This document shows, piece after piece, positions 12,367 to 23,640 of a stretch of DNA of 64,000 bases. Under the pieces are notes generated by a model. The model had not been told where the DNA came from and ran no database searches. It saw only the letters and a program-made list of their open reading frames with translations. The DNA lies in assembly GCA_963921275.4 (NCBI GenBank), contig OZ001293.3:4064001-4128000 (forward strand), read 5' to 3'. The number at the start of each line of letters is the position of its first letter. Position 1 is the first letter of the stretch. The position numbers and the translations under genes are program-made. Source of the stretch: an uncultured Hormoscilla sp. GTDB lineage: Bacteria; Cyanobacteriota; Cyanobacteriia; Cyanobacteriales; Desertifilaceae.

Positions 12367-13403
12367 TTAAACCCAGAATGTAATCTCGCGGGAGATTTCC
12401 GGTAGCTTGCGGGGGTCTTTTCCCGCTGCAATGCTATCGCGGATCGATTCTACGAAAACATGGATGGTGTCGGCGGGGGTGTTGGCAAACTTGGTGCCGT
12501 ATTTTTCGATAACCTCCTGCTGAATTCCCATAATTTCTACATCTTGGTTGATAATATACTGAGCCGTCCAACGGATAAAAGGCCGAGCCAGCTTATTCCA
12601 AATTCCGTAGTCGTAGGTGACGTCGGTATAAACTAAGGTCGAATCTTCTGCTTCGGGAATCGATTGGCTAGTAATAAAAAGTCGCCTGTTCTTTCCCAAG
12701 TTGTATTCTACGCTGGTAATGTTGGGCGCGTGAAAGCTATCGGTATGTTTGATTTCGCCACCCCCCGGGTTCAGGAATTTGCTATACCAACCCAGATTAT
12801 TGGTTTCCTTGCGGTACTCGACCAAGACCGAGCCCTTGCGTCGCGATACCGTCATTTCTAGTTTCTGCTGGCGGGGATTTCTAAATACGCCGGGGTGAAC
12901 CGAGGCCGTATGGGGAATATCGATAAAGTTCTCGGCACAGTTGGTGACGTTATTGCGAAAGCGATTAATCACCCGCACGGTTTCCCACCCTGGCTTACCA
13001 TAGTAGGGCATGGCAAAAGGCTCGATTTCTTCGGCGGGCTCCGTACCGGAAAAATCGGATGCTAGCCTCACATAAACATATCCATCCTGCTCTCGGGTAT
13101 CGTATCCCTTGGTTCGCCGCGATGCTAGGGTTTTGAAGTTCTCTCCTTCGGCGGGCACGGCGACAACTTCACCCCTTGGTCGTAGGTCCAGCCGTGGTAG
13201 GGACATTGGATTTTGCCCTTGCTCACTTTTCCCCGAGAGAGACGGCTATTTCTATGCATGCAGCGATCGCGCAGAGCCACTGGTTGGCCATCTTCTCCTC
13301 GAAACACTGCCAGCCATTCCCCCAGCACCGTGCGAGCCAGCACCCTATTGGGTCCCAGTTGCTCGCTCAGGGCGACTATGTACCAGAAATCCTCGAATTT
13401 CAT
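12367..13403 (-). pseudogene. Rieske non-heme iron oxygenase alpha subunit, frameshifted
   Basis: Rieske CMH...CPYH in 13125-13403 and mononuclear-iron ENFIDIPHTASVH in 12367-13206; joined by one missing base in the G run at 13172-13175. Confidence 0.85.
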
Positions 13404-13703
13404 CTAATTTGTTGATAATGTTCTTATCTTAATATCCCCGGTTAAATCTAACTGGCAAGCCAGCCTTGCTTGGGTATTTCCCGCCGCCACAATCTCCAGA
13501 ATTTCTTTTTCCTCTTCCCTGGGCGGCGGGATATCCCCTTCCACTAATACCGCGCAAGTGCCGCAGATGCCCGTCCGACATCCAAACAATACTGGCGAGT
13601 TCTGCACCGTCAGATGCTCGGAAAGGTTCTGGTGCTTTTTCAGGGCGAGCCCCTCCCAATCCGTTCCCGGGAAACTGATAATACAGATTTGCTCGTTCAT
13701 CAA
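13404..13703 (-). CDS. 2Fe-2S ferredoxin
   Basis: CRTGICGTC...RLAC motif. Confidence 0.9.
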   Translation of the reverse strand: MMNEQICIISFPGTDWEGLALKKHQNLSEHLTVQNSPVLFGCRTGICGTCAVLVEGDIPPPREEEKEILEIVAAGNTQARLACQLDLTGDIKIRTLSTN

Positions 13704-13739
13704 TCTGCAATACTCCAGCTTTTCATGATTTCTATTATT

Positions 13740-14788
13740 CTAACCTTTCGGGAAGGCAATTCTCGACCAAATCGACGGTTCCAGTTGATTGACATAATTC
13801 ATGTACTCTATCAAAGAGCGATCGATGCTCAGCAAGACATGGGGATGATAGCGAATATTATCGTAAATCTGTCCGTCTTCCTCCTTGAGGGTATAGTATG
13901 CTAGCCGGTCAGCAGCAGCAAAAATTTGGCAACTAACCATCCCCAAATTCCGTTTCTTTTCTCCGCTACATAAATCGGTTGGATTATAGTTTTGTCGGGA
14001 GCCACTGGCCTATAGGCATAAATCATGTGCAGCGGCGGCAGCAAGCGCACGTTTTTCATAATAGTCAGCAGTCCCATACAGCCATCTGCATACCGCATGG
14101 AGTAGGCGTAGCTGCTGCCAAGTATCCTGCGTCCAATCCGTTCTTTCCAGGTAGTGCTGGGAAACTCGCCGCTCAGGGTAAAATCGACGATATTGCCCCT
14201 TTGATTTTGCTCCAGGGATAGCTCCATGTCAACATGCACTTTGTGGACGGTTTGCAAATGCTGGGCATCGATGTTATTCATCATGCAGATATGGTGATGG
14301 CAAGAGCGATCGAAGGGCTTGTCGGTTTCTACGACTAGAGGTTTGCCTTTGAGTTCGTCAAATTCGACGACGCCCTCCGGCGCTTGGGAGTCGGGATAGA
14401 CCCAAATAAAATCGTATTTTTCGTCGGTGGCATAGGATTGCAGGCGAGCTTTCTCGGGAATATCCGATTGACAAGGGATATCCTGACAGCGGCCAGCACC
14501 GTCAAATGCCCAATGATGAAAAAAACAGCGAATCAGATTTCCATCCACTCGCCCGATCCCTAAGTCCGTTCCTAGATGGGGACAATAGGCATCAATTGCA
14601 CGAACTTTGTCATCCTCTCCTCGGAATACGGCGATTTTTTGCCCGCAGACTTCTACCGATTTGACTTGGCCTCGGGGTAGTTCTCGACTGGGACAGGCAA
14701 TGTACCAACCTTTGGCTACTATATCCCAGTTGTTGAAGATTTTCATCTTCAACAGGGGTTGAGTATTTTGATTCTGAAGAGCCTTCAT
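13740..14788 (-). pseudogene. Rieske non-heme iron oxygenase alpha subunit, frameshifted near C-terminus
   Basis: CPHLG...CFFH, NNIDAQHLQTVH; C-terminal helix (RLAYYTLKEEDGQIY...) continues in the 13740-13946 frame after a 1-nt loss near 13907. Confidence 0.85.
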
Positions 14789-14856
14789 TTTTGGGGGTTA
14801 GTGCGATTTGGGGTGGGCGCGCAGGTGGGACGCCCGCGCTACGGGGGGTTTCTCAA

Positions 14857-16041
14857 TTATGAATTCCAAATTCTCAATGCTTTTCGTTGGATCGCCAGAT
14901 ATTGGGGAATTGAACTTGCCGCCATTATAGACATTTCTCGGTTGCTCTGCTACGCATAGTCTATCCCTTCCAGATAGGCTTTGTATGATTCTAACGCTTC
15001 TCGGTGCGTTTGGTAGCTGCGATGTAGTCCTTCGGATTCTTGGCCGAAGCAGGCTGTTAACATTTCCTTTGCTTCCCGATCGCTCATCTCAAATACAGGC
15101 GATCGCAGCACTTCATAAACCGCTCCATACAGGGCCGGGTCGTACCAAAAAATTCCATTGATCACCGCTGAAAAGTGATAGTGGTCTCGCTGACACCCGC
15201 GCAGTCCCATATTTGCCGCCCACTTCTCGAACTCCGTCGGCGGCTTCAGACATTTCATCACGTCATGGGAAATAATCGTAGAACTATTAAAGTGAAAGCT
15301 CTCATCCATAAAATGATAAAAAGAAATCTGCGAGGGTATGGGTGCCTTCTCCCGATCGGGATGCTTCTGGTAGTAGCTGCTGAGCTTGTGCTGCACTAGC
15401 TTGCCATTTAGGGTCCGCACCCCCCGAACTGTAAAATACTGACAAGCTAGGAAGCTATTGCCCGCCGAAAGCAACCCGAACGCTTGCAGTTGCAGCTTCT
15501 TCCACCAAGTTTTAATCCCGTTGGTGTCCGCATAAATCATCGTCTGGGCAAAGGGCCCGCGCATGGCGTAGGTAAACACCCGTTTTCCAAACAATGCTGC
15601 TTCTACTTGGCTGGATATCTTCTTAAAAGCGCTAATATGCGCTCGCTCCTGGTTGGATTCCAAATCTAGCATATCGCAGACGAGGCGAAAATCCTCTTGG
15701 GCGTAAAGTCCGGCGGCGCTGGTTTGATTGAAAAAGATCGTGGCAATTTCCGCCGAAATAATCTGTGAGTAGTACGCTACCCAGTACAAGTGGTTCAAAA
15801 TCTGCCGCTGGCTCGGACTGGCTTGCTCCCACAAGGCCGTGCCATACAGCAGGGAAAACTCTTTGGGATTCCAGTATTCCTCCCGGCAGTCTTCATATCT
15901 AAAGGCCGCTGCTGCGGAGTCGATCGCCTCTGTTCGATCCTGCTGCTTATTCCGCTTATAGTTAATCTCCAGCTTCCGGTTTGTCTTCTCGCTCTCAGAG
16001 AGAGTATTGGTTTTGGGCTCTTCTAATAAAGTAACGCTCAT
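14857..16041 (-). pseudogene. CylC/AurF-like dimetal-carboxylate halogenase/oxygenase with probable premature stop
   Basis: SLLYGTALWEQASPSQR..LNHLYW, ERAH and HFMDESFH ExxH motifs (family recognised from memory); TAG at 14950-14952 is followed in frame by QSNREMSIMAASSIPQYLAIQRKALRIWNS* to 14857. Confidence 0.75.
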
Positions 16042-16078
16042 AATTTATAACCTTTTTCGATAGATGTTCCCGAGGGAT

Positions 16079-17110
16079 CTACGCCAAAGCCGCGCATTGG
16101 CTTGCGGGGAAAGACTGGAACGCCCCCCGCTCCTCTAATTCCCGGACAATTGTTTTGGGAACTGGCGAGACGTTAGCGCTGCCAAGCATCAGAGAGCGCA
16201 AGGTTGCCAGACGGGCGCTGCTATGAGTTTCTGTATCTAGTTCCTCAAATAGTTTGACTTTCTGGGAACGAGAGAAATGTCCTTTTACTTTCTCCATCGC
16301 AGCTACTACCCTCTGGGGCCCTGCTTGCACCATCCCCAAAAATAGGGTTAAGGTTTCTACGATCGCATCCCGACTTGTTACTGAAACATTGCTCCGGTCA
16401 AATAGGATAACCCCCGTACTGTTGTGACGGGCTTCGTCCTGGAGAAATCCTGTTAATACTTCAGCCACAGAGCGATCGCGACAGCTCCGGGAAATGCTTC
16501 TATAATGGCTCAGCCCCCATCCTTCCAGCACTACCTGAATCACAAACAGCAGCAGAGCTTTATCAGAGCTTTCTCCCAAATCGGATAAAAAGCGCAAAAA
16601 ACCATCGGACGTTGCTACCGGTTCGGAGGGCAAAAACTGCCTAACCTGGGACAGGTGGGTTGCTTCCTCGGCGCTAAATAGTCCGTAGATCATCCGCTCT
16701 TCGGTGCTTTCTGCCAGCAGCAACATTTTCGCCATATAGCCCATGCCGGATTTTTCCACAAAATAGGCTTCTTCTAATAGTCCGCGACTGCATAGATGCA
16801 ATATTTTTTGTTGCTCTTCCGGTCGAGATTCCTGGAATAGCTTGACATTTTTCAAGTCAAAGTATTCAGGATCCCAGTATGTCACACCGCCATCTTCTAC
16901 TTCGGCGTGGCTATTGCAATTCTGGATCTCTGGGGCGATCGTCTCAGAAACCCAACGGCTTTTAAGAGTCGAAGAGAGGACGCGATGTAACTTGTCATTC
17001 TCTCCCAGATTTGGCAAGTCAAATCCCGCTATTGTGTTTTTTATCATCCTCTTTTTTTTAACTATGTCTAATTTATTAGACAACTCTTTGGTTGCAGCCA
17101 ACCCACCCAA
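16079..17110 (-). CDS. Ferritin-like diiron oxygenase (AurF-like)
   Basis: EAYFVE, EEATH, LEGWG, DEARH diiron ligand pattern; start codon uncertain. Confidence 0.8.
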   Translation of the reverse strand: MGGLAATKELSNKLDIVKKKRMIKNTIAGFDLPNLGENDKLHRVLSSTLKSRWVSETIAPEIQNCNSHAEVEDGGVTYWDPEYFDLKNVKLFQESRPEEQQKILHLCSRGLLEEAYFVEKSGMGYMAKMLLLAESTEERMIYGLFSAEEATHLSQVRQFLPSEPVATSDGFLRFLSDLGESSDKALLLFVIQVVLEGWGLSHYRSISRSCRDRSVAEVLTGFLQDEARHNSTGVILFDRSNVSVTSRDAIVETLTLFLGMVQAGPQRVVAAMEKVKGHFSRSQKVKLFEELDTETHSSARLATLRSLMLGSANVSPVPKTIVRELEERGAFQSFPASQCAALA

Positions 17111-17135
17111 GGTTGTTCGGTAGCGATATCCTCAA

Positions 17136-18218
17136 TTAAGATTGCTGAGATGCACAGAATATTTCCCGAGATTTCCCCACAACTTCTCGGGTTAATTCTG
17201 AAGCAGTCGCTGCCTCTATTTCCTCCCAGGTAGCCCACGCCAGAGGTTTTTGGCTTTCCACATGCTCTATTAATTCCACCACTGACTTATCTGGCGCGAT
17301 CGGGGTTTGAAAATCAAAATTAATGGTTTGAAATACTTTCGTATCCCCTTTAGCAAAATAGTTGCCCACCAGTTGCGTCACCAGCAGGACGATGCGATTA
17401 AAAATCCATCCCCATATTCCCGGGCGTTTTTTGGTAATTAGAATCGTTTGCCCCTCGGTTTTTCCCCCTTCTATGAGGCGCAGGGCAAACATAATATAGA
17501 AGTGGAGAAAGTCCGGGCCCAGGGTCACCGTGCCTGTGCTTCCATACCAGTAGCACATGCTGTAGGTGCCTTCGTTCCGGTAGAAGGGGCGGATCAGTTT
17601 TATCAACCAGGAGTCGTCTCCTCCCCGAGTCGTGTTGCTAAAGACGATCGCGTTTTCGTTGAGTTTTTCTTTCTTGAATACGATATCTATGGGAAAGTTG
17701 TGGACGGTATTGAAGTGCTGGGCGTCGATGGCGTTAATCATGACTGCGTTCGGGTGGCAATTTTTAACGAATCTAGACCCAAAGGCTGTATCGCATTCTG
17801 AGTTTTCCAGTTCCGGGATGAAGGGCAGGGGCTGCTTCGGACTGTCACCGGTCCATACCCAAACCATGCCGTATTTTTCCGCCGTCGGCCAGGTTTTGAT
17901 TTTCACCGCCAGGGGCTTCCCCAAGGAGGGAACATCAACGCAAGTGCCAGTTGCGTCGAACTTCCAGTTATGGAAAAAACACCGGATGCCATTGCCATCC
18001 ACGGTTCCCTCCGCTAGGTGCGCCCCCATGTGGGGACAGTAGGCGTCCACCGCCATCGCCTTGCTATCCCCTCTGCGCGCGATCGCCAGCTTCCGTCCCT
18101 GTAGAGTAACTGGCTTTATCTGGCCCATCTTCAGTTCCCGAGACGGTATCGCCCAGTACCATCCCTCAATAAATCTTTCTGGATTGTTAAATGTTGTGGC
18201 TTTACGAATCGTTTTCAT
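17136..18218 (-). CDS. Rieske non-heme iron oxygenase alpha subunit (first gene of cluster)
   Basis: CPHMGAHL...CFFH Rieske motif, NAIDAQHFNTVH facial-triad motif. Confidence 0.92.
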   Translation of the reverse strand: MKTIRKATTFNNPERFIEGWYWAIPSRELKMGQIKPVTLQGRKLAIARRGDSKAMAVDAYCPHMGAHLAEGTVDGNGIRCFFHNWKFDATGTCVDVPSLGKPLAVKIKTWPTAEKYGMVWVWTGDSPKQPLPFIPELENSECDTAFGSRFVKNCHPNAVMINAIDAQHFNTVHNFPIDIVFKKEKLNENAIVFSNTTRGGDDSWLIKLIRPFYRNEGTYSMCYWYGSTGTVTLGPDFLHFYIMFALRLIEGGKTEGQTILITKKRPGIWGWIFNRIVLLVTQLVGNYFAKGDTKVFQTINFDFQTPIAPDKSVVELIEHVESQKPLAWATWEEIEAATASELTREVVGKSREIFCASQQS

Positions 18219-18526
18219 ATAATTCCTATACGCTCAAAAGCCTTTTCTCCAAGGCTAACGCAAATCCGATCGCAGCTGGGCGGTCCCGGGCCGCTGCCCC
18301 CAAAAGCCCCTCGCTGCTCTATCGGGACCACTGCGACCGTTTTTCTGCTATTATAGCAAGCCGTGCAGTATGGCAAGACCTTGTATTTTTCCCACCTTGG
18401 AGGTACACTTTAAAGGGATGGACTTGCGCTTTAAGGCATTGTTGGTGTCCGGAGCGAGGAGGGATCTAGCAGCAGTAACGAAGGTTCGCACAACTGTCAG
18501 ACCCCCCGGCCTTCGCAGCGACGACC

Positions 18527-18761
18527 CTAAGCAATTCGCTCCCAAATCTCATTCAAAATTCACAGGGGGAAAATCTTTGAGAACAAGGATCTCCGCGGCT
18601 CAGCCTATGCAATTTAAATGCACGACAGCTTAATGAAATTTTAATGATTGATATGCGCTAAGCAATTCGCTCATTATTTCTTCAAAATTCACAGGGGTAA
18701 AACAATTGAGAACAAGGGTTTCAGCTTTTTGACCGTAGCAATGTAAATGAGCGACAGCTTA
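18527..18761. repeat. Two diverged tandem copies of a ~105-bp MITE-like repeat
   Basis: CTAAGCAATTCGCTC...AAATTCACAGGGG...TTGAGAACAAGG...AAATG.GCGACAGCTTA-like blocks at 18527-18632 and 18658-18761. Confidence 0.65.
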
Positions 18762-18768
18762 TATAATA

Positions 18769-18920
18769 ACTAAAGTTGCCACCTATAAAAATTATACGTC
18801 CGAAACATTGATTTGGGGTATTGTATCCACAGAAATGCCATTAGGGGGTAATATACAAGGATATATGGGATGATATGGATTGATTGTGACCTTGATTTGC
18901 AATCTTGTTGCAACTTAGGT
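18769..18920. mobile_element. IS982-family-type MITE (152 bp)
   Basis: Ends ACTAAAGTTGCCACCTAT / GCAACTTAGGT match the IS982 TIRs in this window; flanks TATAATA / TATAACT. Confidence 0.75.
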
Positions 18921-19173
18921 TATAACTGGGATCTTGCACCATTCTCGATTAGTTTCATGGCCCGCCGTGGGTTCAAACCCACGGCTAATAGCTTAAGTGG
19001 GTTAAAACCCACTGGAAGCATTGTCGCTGAAAGGATTTCCTCTCGTTCCCTGGCTCCGCCAGGGAACGAGTTCTAGAGGCAGAGCCTCTAGTTGAAAATG
19101 ATGCAAAATATGAGTTATAATAGAGAAAACAGCGAACGCTGGTGGGCACCGCCCACCCTACGGAGGAAAAGTT

Positions 19174-19947
19174 ATGGCTGATGTGATAGATTACAAAATT
19201 TACGGCGGCGACCTGCAATTAGTTGAGGTCGAACTGGACCCCAGGGAAGGGGTGCAAGCTGAAGTTGGCACGATGACCTATATGGAAGAAGGCATTGAAA
19301 TGCAAACTGGTATGGGTGGCGGCGGTCTCTTCTCTGGCTTCAAACGGATGTTGACAGGTGAGAGTTTCTTTATTACTACTTTTGTTAACGGCGGTCGCGG
19401 TAAGGCGCGGGTGGGTTTCGCTGCTACTTCCCCAGGTCAAATTATCCCTCTGGATCTGGGTGCCTTAGGCGGCGAATTTTTGTGTCAGAAGGATGCTTTT
19501 CTCTGTGCAGCTAGCGGGACTGAGATCAGTGTTGCTTTTACTAAACGCTTGGGGGCTGGCTTCTTTGGCGGTGAGGGTTTTATTCTGCAAAAGTTGCGCG
19601 GGGATGGTATGGCTTTCGTGCAAGCTGGGGGCGCTATTGTTGAGAAAGGTCTCGAACGCAGAGAAGAGTTGCGGGTGGATACTGGCTGTTTGGTGGCTTT
19701 CTCCCCCTCGGTGGACTACAGCATTGATTTTATCGGCGGGTTCAGGAATGCTTTATTTGGTGGCGAGGGTTTGTTCTTGGCCAAGCTGAAGGGGCCGGGT
19801 AAGGTGTTCGTCCAAAGTCTGCCTTTCTCGCGGCTAGCTGAACGCATTGGCGGGACTTACTTTAAACAAATAACTGGGGCGGAACAAGATGCCTCTGGTG
19901 CTGCTGGTTTGATTGGTGGACTGCTGGGAAGAGGCGAGGATGGCTGA
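19174..19947 (+). CDS. TIGR00266 / AIM24 family protein
   Basis: DYKIYGGDLQLVEVELDP, GESFF, FFGGEGFILQKL, LFGGEGLFLA, VQSLPFSRLA. Confidence 0.9.
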   Translation: MADVIDYKIYGGDLQLVEVELDPREGVQAEVGTMTYMEEGIEMQTGMGGGGLFSGFKRMLTGESFFITTFVNGGRGKARVGFAATSPGQIIPLDLGALGGEFLCQKDAFLCAASGTEISVAFTKRLGAGFFGGEGFILQKLRGDGMAFVQAGGAIVEKGLERREELRVDTGCLVAFSPSVDYSIDFIGGFRNALFGGEGLFLAKLKGPGKVFVQSLPFSRLAERIGGTYFKQITGAEQDASGAAGLIGGLLGRGEDG

Positions 19948-20471
19948 GTTGGACATGGGGCTTGGGGCTGGGAGGTCATACAATCGCTTGCATTAGTCTC
20001 GTCTATGCCAGAATAAAGCCAGTGTAAAGGATAGGTGATCGATGACTTGGATATCTGGGCAAAGTTTACAAAACGGAAAGTACGTTATTGACAGCGTTCT
20101 GGGCGAAGGTGGCTTTGCGGTTACCTATCGGGCCAAAGACGGTAAGGGACGCTACGTGGCCATCAAAACCCTGAATGACAGGGTACAGCAAGGGCCTGAT
20201 TTTGAGAAGTTGCAGCAGGATTTCCTGAACGAGGCATTGAAGATTCAGAAATGCTGGCATCCCCATATCCTGGAGGTCTACGAGGTCATCCAAGAGGGTG
20301 GCCTGTGGTGCATGGAATGCATTAACGGGGAAGATTTAGCTAGTCGGGTGAGTCGGGAGCTTTTGTCGGAAGGGGAGGCGCTGCAATATATTCAGCAAAT
20401 CGGCGAGGCCCTGATAGTGGTTCACTCTCAAGGTTTGCTGCACCGGGATGTGAAGCCCGAAAATATTATGC

Positions 20472-20584
20472 GGCGTTGCACATTTTGGGGATGATGCCCT
20501 TTTTTGCACATAACTGAAACTGGCTTGTAGTCTAGGTTTAAGACTTCTGCAACTATGCCCATCATCCCATAATTGTGCAACGCC
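20472..20584. mobile_element. 113-bp MITE in kinase gene
   Basis: TIR GGCGTTGCACA..GGGATGATG / CATCATCCC..TGTGCAACGCC; 8-bp TSD TATTATGC (20464-20471, 20585-20592). Confidence 0.92.
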
Positions 20585-20831
20585 TATTATGCTGCGTTCT
20601 GGCAAGTCGGAAGCGGTGTTGATTGATTTTGGCATTGCCCGGGAGTTTACCCATGATGTGGCCCAGACTCAAACTAGCTACCGGACTGATTATTATGCTC
20701 CTATCGAGCAGTATGAGAACCGGGCTAAGCGGGGGGCCTATACGGATATTTATGCCCTGGCGGCGACTCTGTATTTTATGTTGACGGGCCAGTTGCCAGC
20801 TTCTGCTCCCAGTAGGGCTGCGGATACGCCC

Positions 20832-21321
20832 TTAGTGCCTTCTCGGGCTATCTCTCCCCTCGCGGCTTGCGCTTTACATCTAACTTGTCCAATCTAGACA
20901 GCACACGAGAAGTTACTTCGTTCCCTAGTATCATTTCACGATGCTTTTAGGCCCCTGCTATACCCCGGGAGTTCTTAGAGTGCGATACTGGCCAAGTGCA
21001 AGAACCAGCACAAACTACCATTTCCCTTTTGGGCCAGCGCTTTAAGCCTTATTTCGCTGGTTCTAGATAACGAGGCGTACACAGGTTCGCTTGTTCTAGC
21101 CATTAGCATCTTTCCTAGCGGCGTCACTAGCTTAGGCTGCTAGCTATCCTACATTTAAGTCCTTGCTCCGCACCACCGTGATGTGACTCAGCAGCACTAA
21201 GGACCGGTGTTACTCCCACACTTGGAGAGAGGGAATCTAACCCCCATGAATACCAGAGTTACCAGTTTGGACCTGGCCTAGCGTTCCGTAGTTGCCCACG
21301 TTAGACTAGAACGAATCGCAC
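20832..21321 (-). mobile_element. Group II intron 5' fragment (domain I), antisense to kinase gene
   Basis: Minus strand starts GTGCGATTCGTTC at 21321; 20832-20969 is homologous to 37818-37958. Confidence 0.8.
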
Positions 21322-21470
21322 AACACTATTGCTAGTGGCAGTGACGATGAAAAAATTAAGCTGTGGGATGCGAGCAGTGGGGACTTGAAAAGCACTATTA
21401 ATGGTAATTCTGGGTACGTTAATTCTGCTGCTTTCCGCCCGAATAGCAAAGTGGTGGTAATTAGCAGTGC

Positions 21471-22660
21471 GGGTGCATTTCAGAAGGAAACTAAGCAGAA
21501 ATACTCAGGAGAGAGGAATTGTTGAGGTAAGCACATCTCAGATGAAGAATTCTCTGAACATTATCACGCTTCCAACGAGCACCAGAAAGTTTGACACGAG
21601 CAGCAACCTGTTTGATTTTGGACTCAACGGAACCCGAACCGATCTGGATGCCCAATTGCCGATATTGGTGATAGCAAGGAATGCGGTGGCGATGTTTAAA
21701 TAGATAATTTTGAAAATTGCGGGCGCGTTTATTCTTGAGGGTATCTTATTCAGCCATAGCCTTATCAACCCATCCATGCCAGAGAAAGTTTTCCACCCGC
21801 GCTAAACGTTGGATCGACCCGCCGACCTTGTGAAGATTTTCCATCAAATGGAACCAATCTCAAACCTCACGCTTCAGGATGGGACGTTTTCTTCCTAGAC
21901 TCTCGAATACATTCCAGACTCCTGGATGTCCGTCTCCCAAACAAGTAATAAGCCAATCGAGGGGTTGTTTTTCACTCCATTCTTCCAAAGCATCCGGGTC
22001 TTGGAAAAAAGCTTCACAGACTTTACCATGCAGGTTTACTAACTTATAATCGCGCCACTCTCCAAGTCCTGTCTCTTCCGAACGTAGACAAATCTGGCCA
22101 CCATCCACACTGACTGTCGAGGTTTTGTTAATAGCTTGGGCCGGTGGTAATTCTACTCGTTGCACTAAGCGATGCAAAGTGCTGTGTCCAACATTAATTC
22201 CCATCAAGGTTTTAAGTCTTCTTCGGCTTGCTGATCAGAACTCTTGGCACACAATCGCAAACAGCATTTTTTCAAACCGGGGCTGATGGGCGTTTTCCTC
22301 TTCAATCCTAACTTTTTACCTTGAGATGAGCTGATTTTTACCTCTCCTACACAGGTTTTCACCCTTCGTTGCTTTCCTGATGTTTTTTCTCCTCCTTCTG
22401 AAAAAAAAAATTCTCCTACTTTAGGAGCGACTTCTTCAATAACAAGCTTCCTCGCTTCCGCCTCTATGGTCTCGAAATCTTTGAGTTTTTCGGGGTCAGT
22501 ATATTTACGCAAGAGTCGAGATGCTTCCCTAATATGCTCATCCAATATTGCTTGGTCTTCTTGGGGGATGTTTAACATGGTGATTTCCTATTTTTCCCTT
22601 CCATTCTACATCCTGGAGATAGCTGAGTATTTTTACTCATTTTCCTTCTGGGATGCACCC
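21471..22660 (-). mobile_element. ISKra4-family element with decayed transposase
   Basis: TIRs GGGTGCAT(T/C)..AGAAGGAAA at both ends; ORF pieces 22204-22578 and 21860-22207 (VSVDGG, LGDGHPGVWN), IGSGSVESKIKQ; stops and frameshifts. Confidence 0.88.
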
Positions 22661-23063
22661 AGCGTGAGGTTTGAGATTGGTTCCATTTGATGGAAAATCT
22701 TCACAAGGTCGGCGGGTCGATCCAACGTTTAGCGCGGGTGGAAAACTTTCTCTGGCATGGATGGGTTGATAAGGCTATGGCTGAATAAGATACCCTCAAG
22801 AATAAACGCGCCCGCAATTTTCAAAATTATCTATTTAAACATCGCCACCGCATTCCTTGCTATCACCAATATCGGCAATTGGGCATCCAGATCGGTTCGG
22901 GTTCCGTTGAGTCCAAAATCAAACAGGTTGCTGCTCGTGTCAAACTTTCTGGTGCTCGTTGGAAGCGTGATAATGTTCAGAGAATTCTTCGTCTGAGATG
23001 TGCTTACCTCAACAATTCCTCTCTCCTGAGTATTTCTGCTTAGTTTCCTTCTGGGATGCACCC
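22661..23063 (+). mobile_element. ISKra4 3' fragment, inverted 403-bp duplicate of 21471-21873
   Basis: Near-perfect reverse complement of 21471-21873, ending in TIR TGGGATGCACCC. Confidence 0.9.
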
Positions 23064-23286
23064 TGCTAGTGAGTCTCCATATATGATCGAATTGCTAACA
23101 GGTTATGGCGCCATATCTCGCCTGTATTGGTGGGTGGAGATATTTGGAGGGTGACGATAGTTAACGATCTGCTCTCATCGCCCCTGCATCTATTGTACAA
23201 TACCTCCCATCCTCAGAAAATAAATGGTGATCGGGAATTTGCGACAGTAATGCGACAATAAAAATATTCAGTAATTATGTGAGGTA

Positions 23287-23469
23287 GTGATGACAACAAC
23301 GAATGGAACCAAGGGAGAGTTATATCTTGTCATTGAACGAGATGAAGATGGCTATTATGTTGGAGAAGTTCCTCAACTTAAAGCCTATTATAGCCAGGGA
23401 GAAACTATTGATGAGTTGCTGCCCAATATCAAAGAAGTTATCGAACTATGTTTAGAAGCGGCTGAGTAG
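23287..23469 (+). CDS. HicB-family antitoxin-like protein (no adjacent HicA seen)
   Basis: VIERDEDGYYVGEVPQL..YSQGETIDEL..NIKEVIELCLE. Confidence 0.85.
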   Translation: MMTTTNGTKGELYLVIERDEDGYYVGEVPQLKAYYSQGETIDELLPNIKEVIELCLEAAE

Positions 23470-23511
23470 GTTGGGTGGCTATAGCAATTTTATATCAAGT
23501 CGGGCAATTAC

Positions 23512-23640
23512 CAGGGAAAACGCATCTAAATTCCGGAAGCCTTTCCCAGCAAGGGTTTGATACTTTAATAAATATAAATACGCAATCTTGCTGAAACCCT
23601 TGCCCTGTAAGCATTTCAAGAAGAAGATGCGTTCGCCCTG
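23512..23640. mobile_element. 129-bp MITE, ISAs1-like ends
   Basis: CAGGGAAAACGCATC / GATGCGTTCGCCCTG termini; 10-bp TSD GGGCAATTAC (23502-23511, 23641-23650). Confidence 0.88.

Larger units (their letters stand above)
20042..21466 (+). pseudogene. Ser/Thr protein kinase with WD40 repeats, fragmented
   Basis: LGEGGFAVTY, VAIK, HRDVKPENIM, LIDFGIAR, YAPIEQ; split by a MITE at 20472 and an intron remnant at 20832-21321; WD40 piece NTIASGSDDEKIKLWD at 21322-21466. Confidence 0.85.

Noticed and set aside
21467..23061. Duplicated 76-79-aa ORFs as a toxin-antitoxin pair
   Set aside because: Off-frame readings of the duplicated ISKra4 3' end
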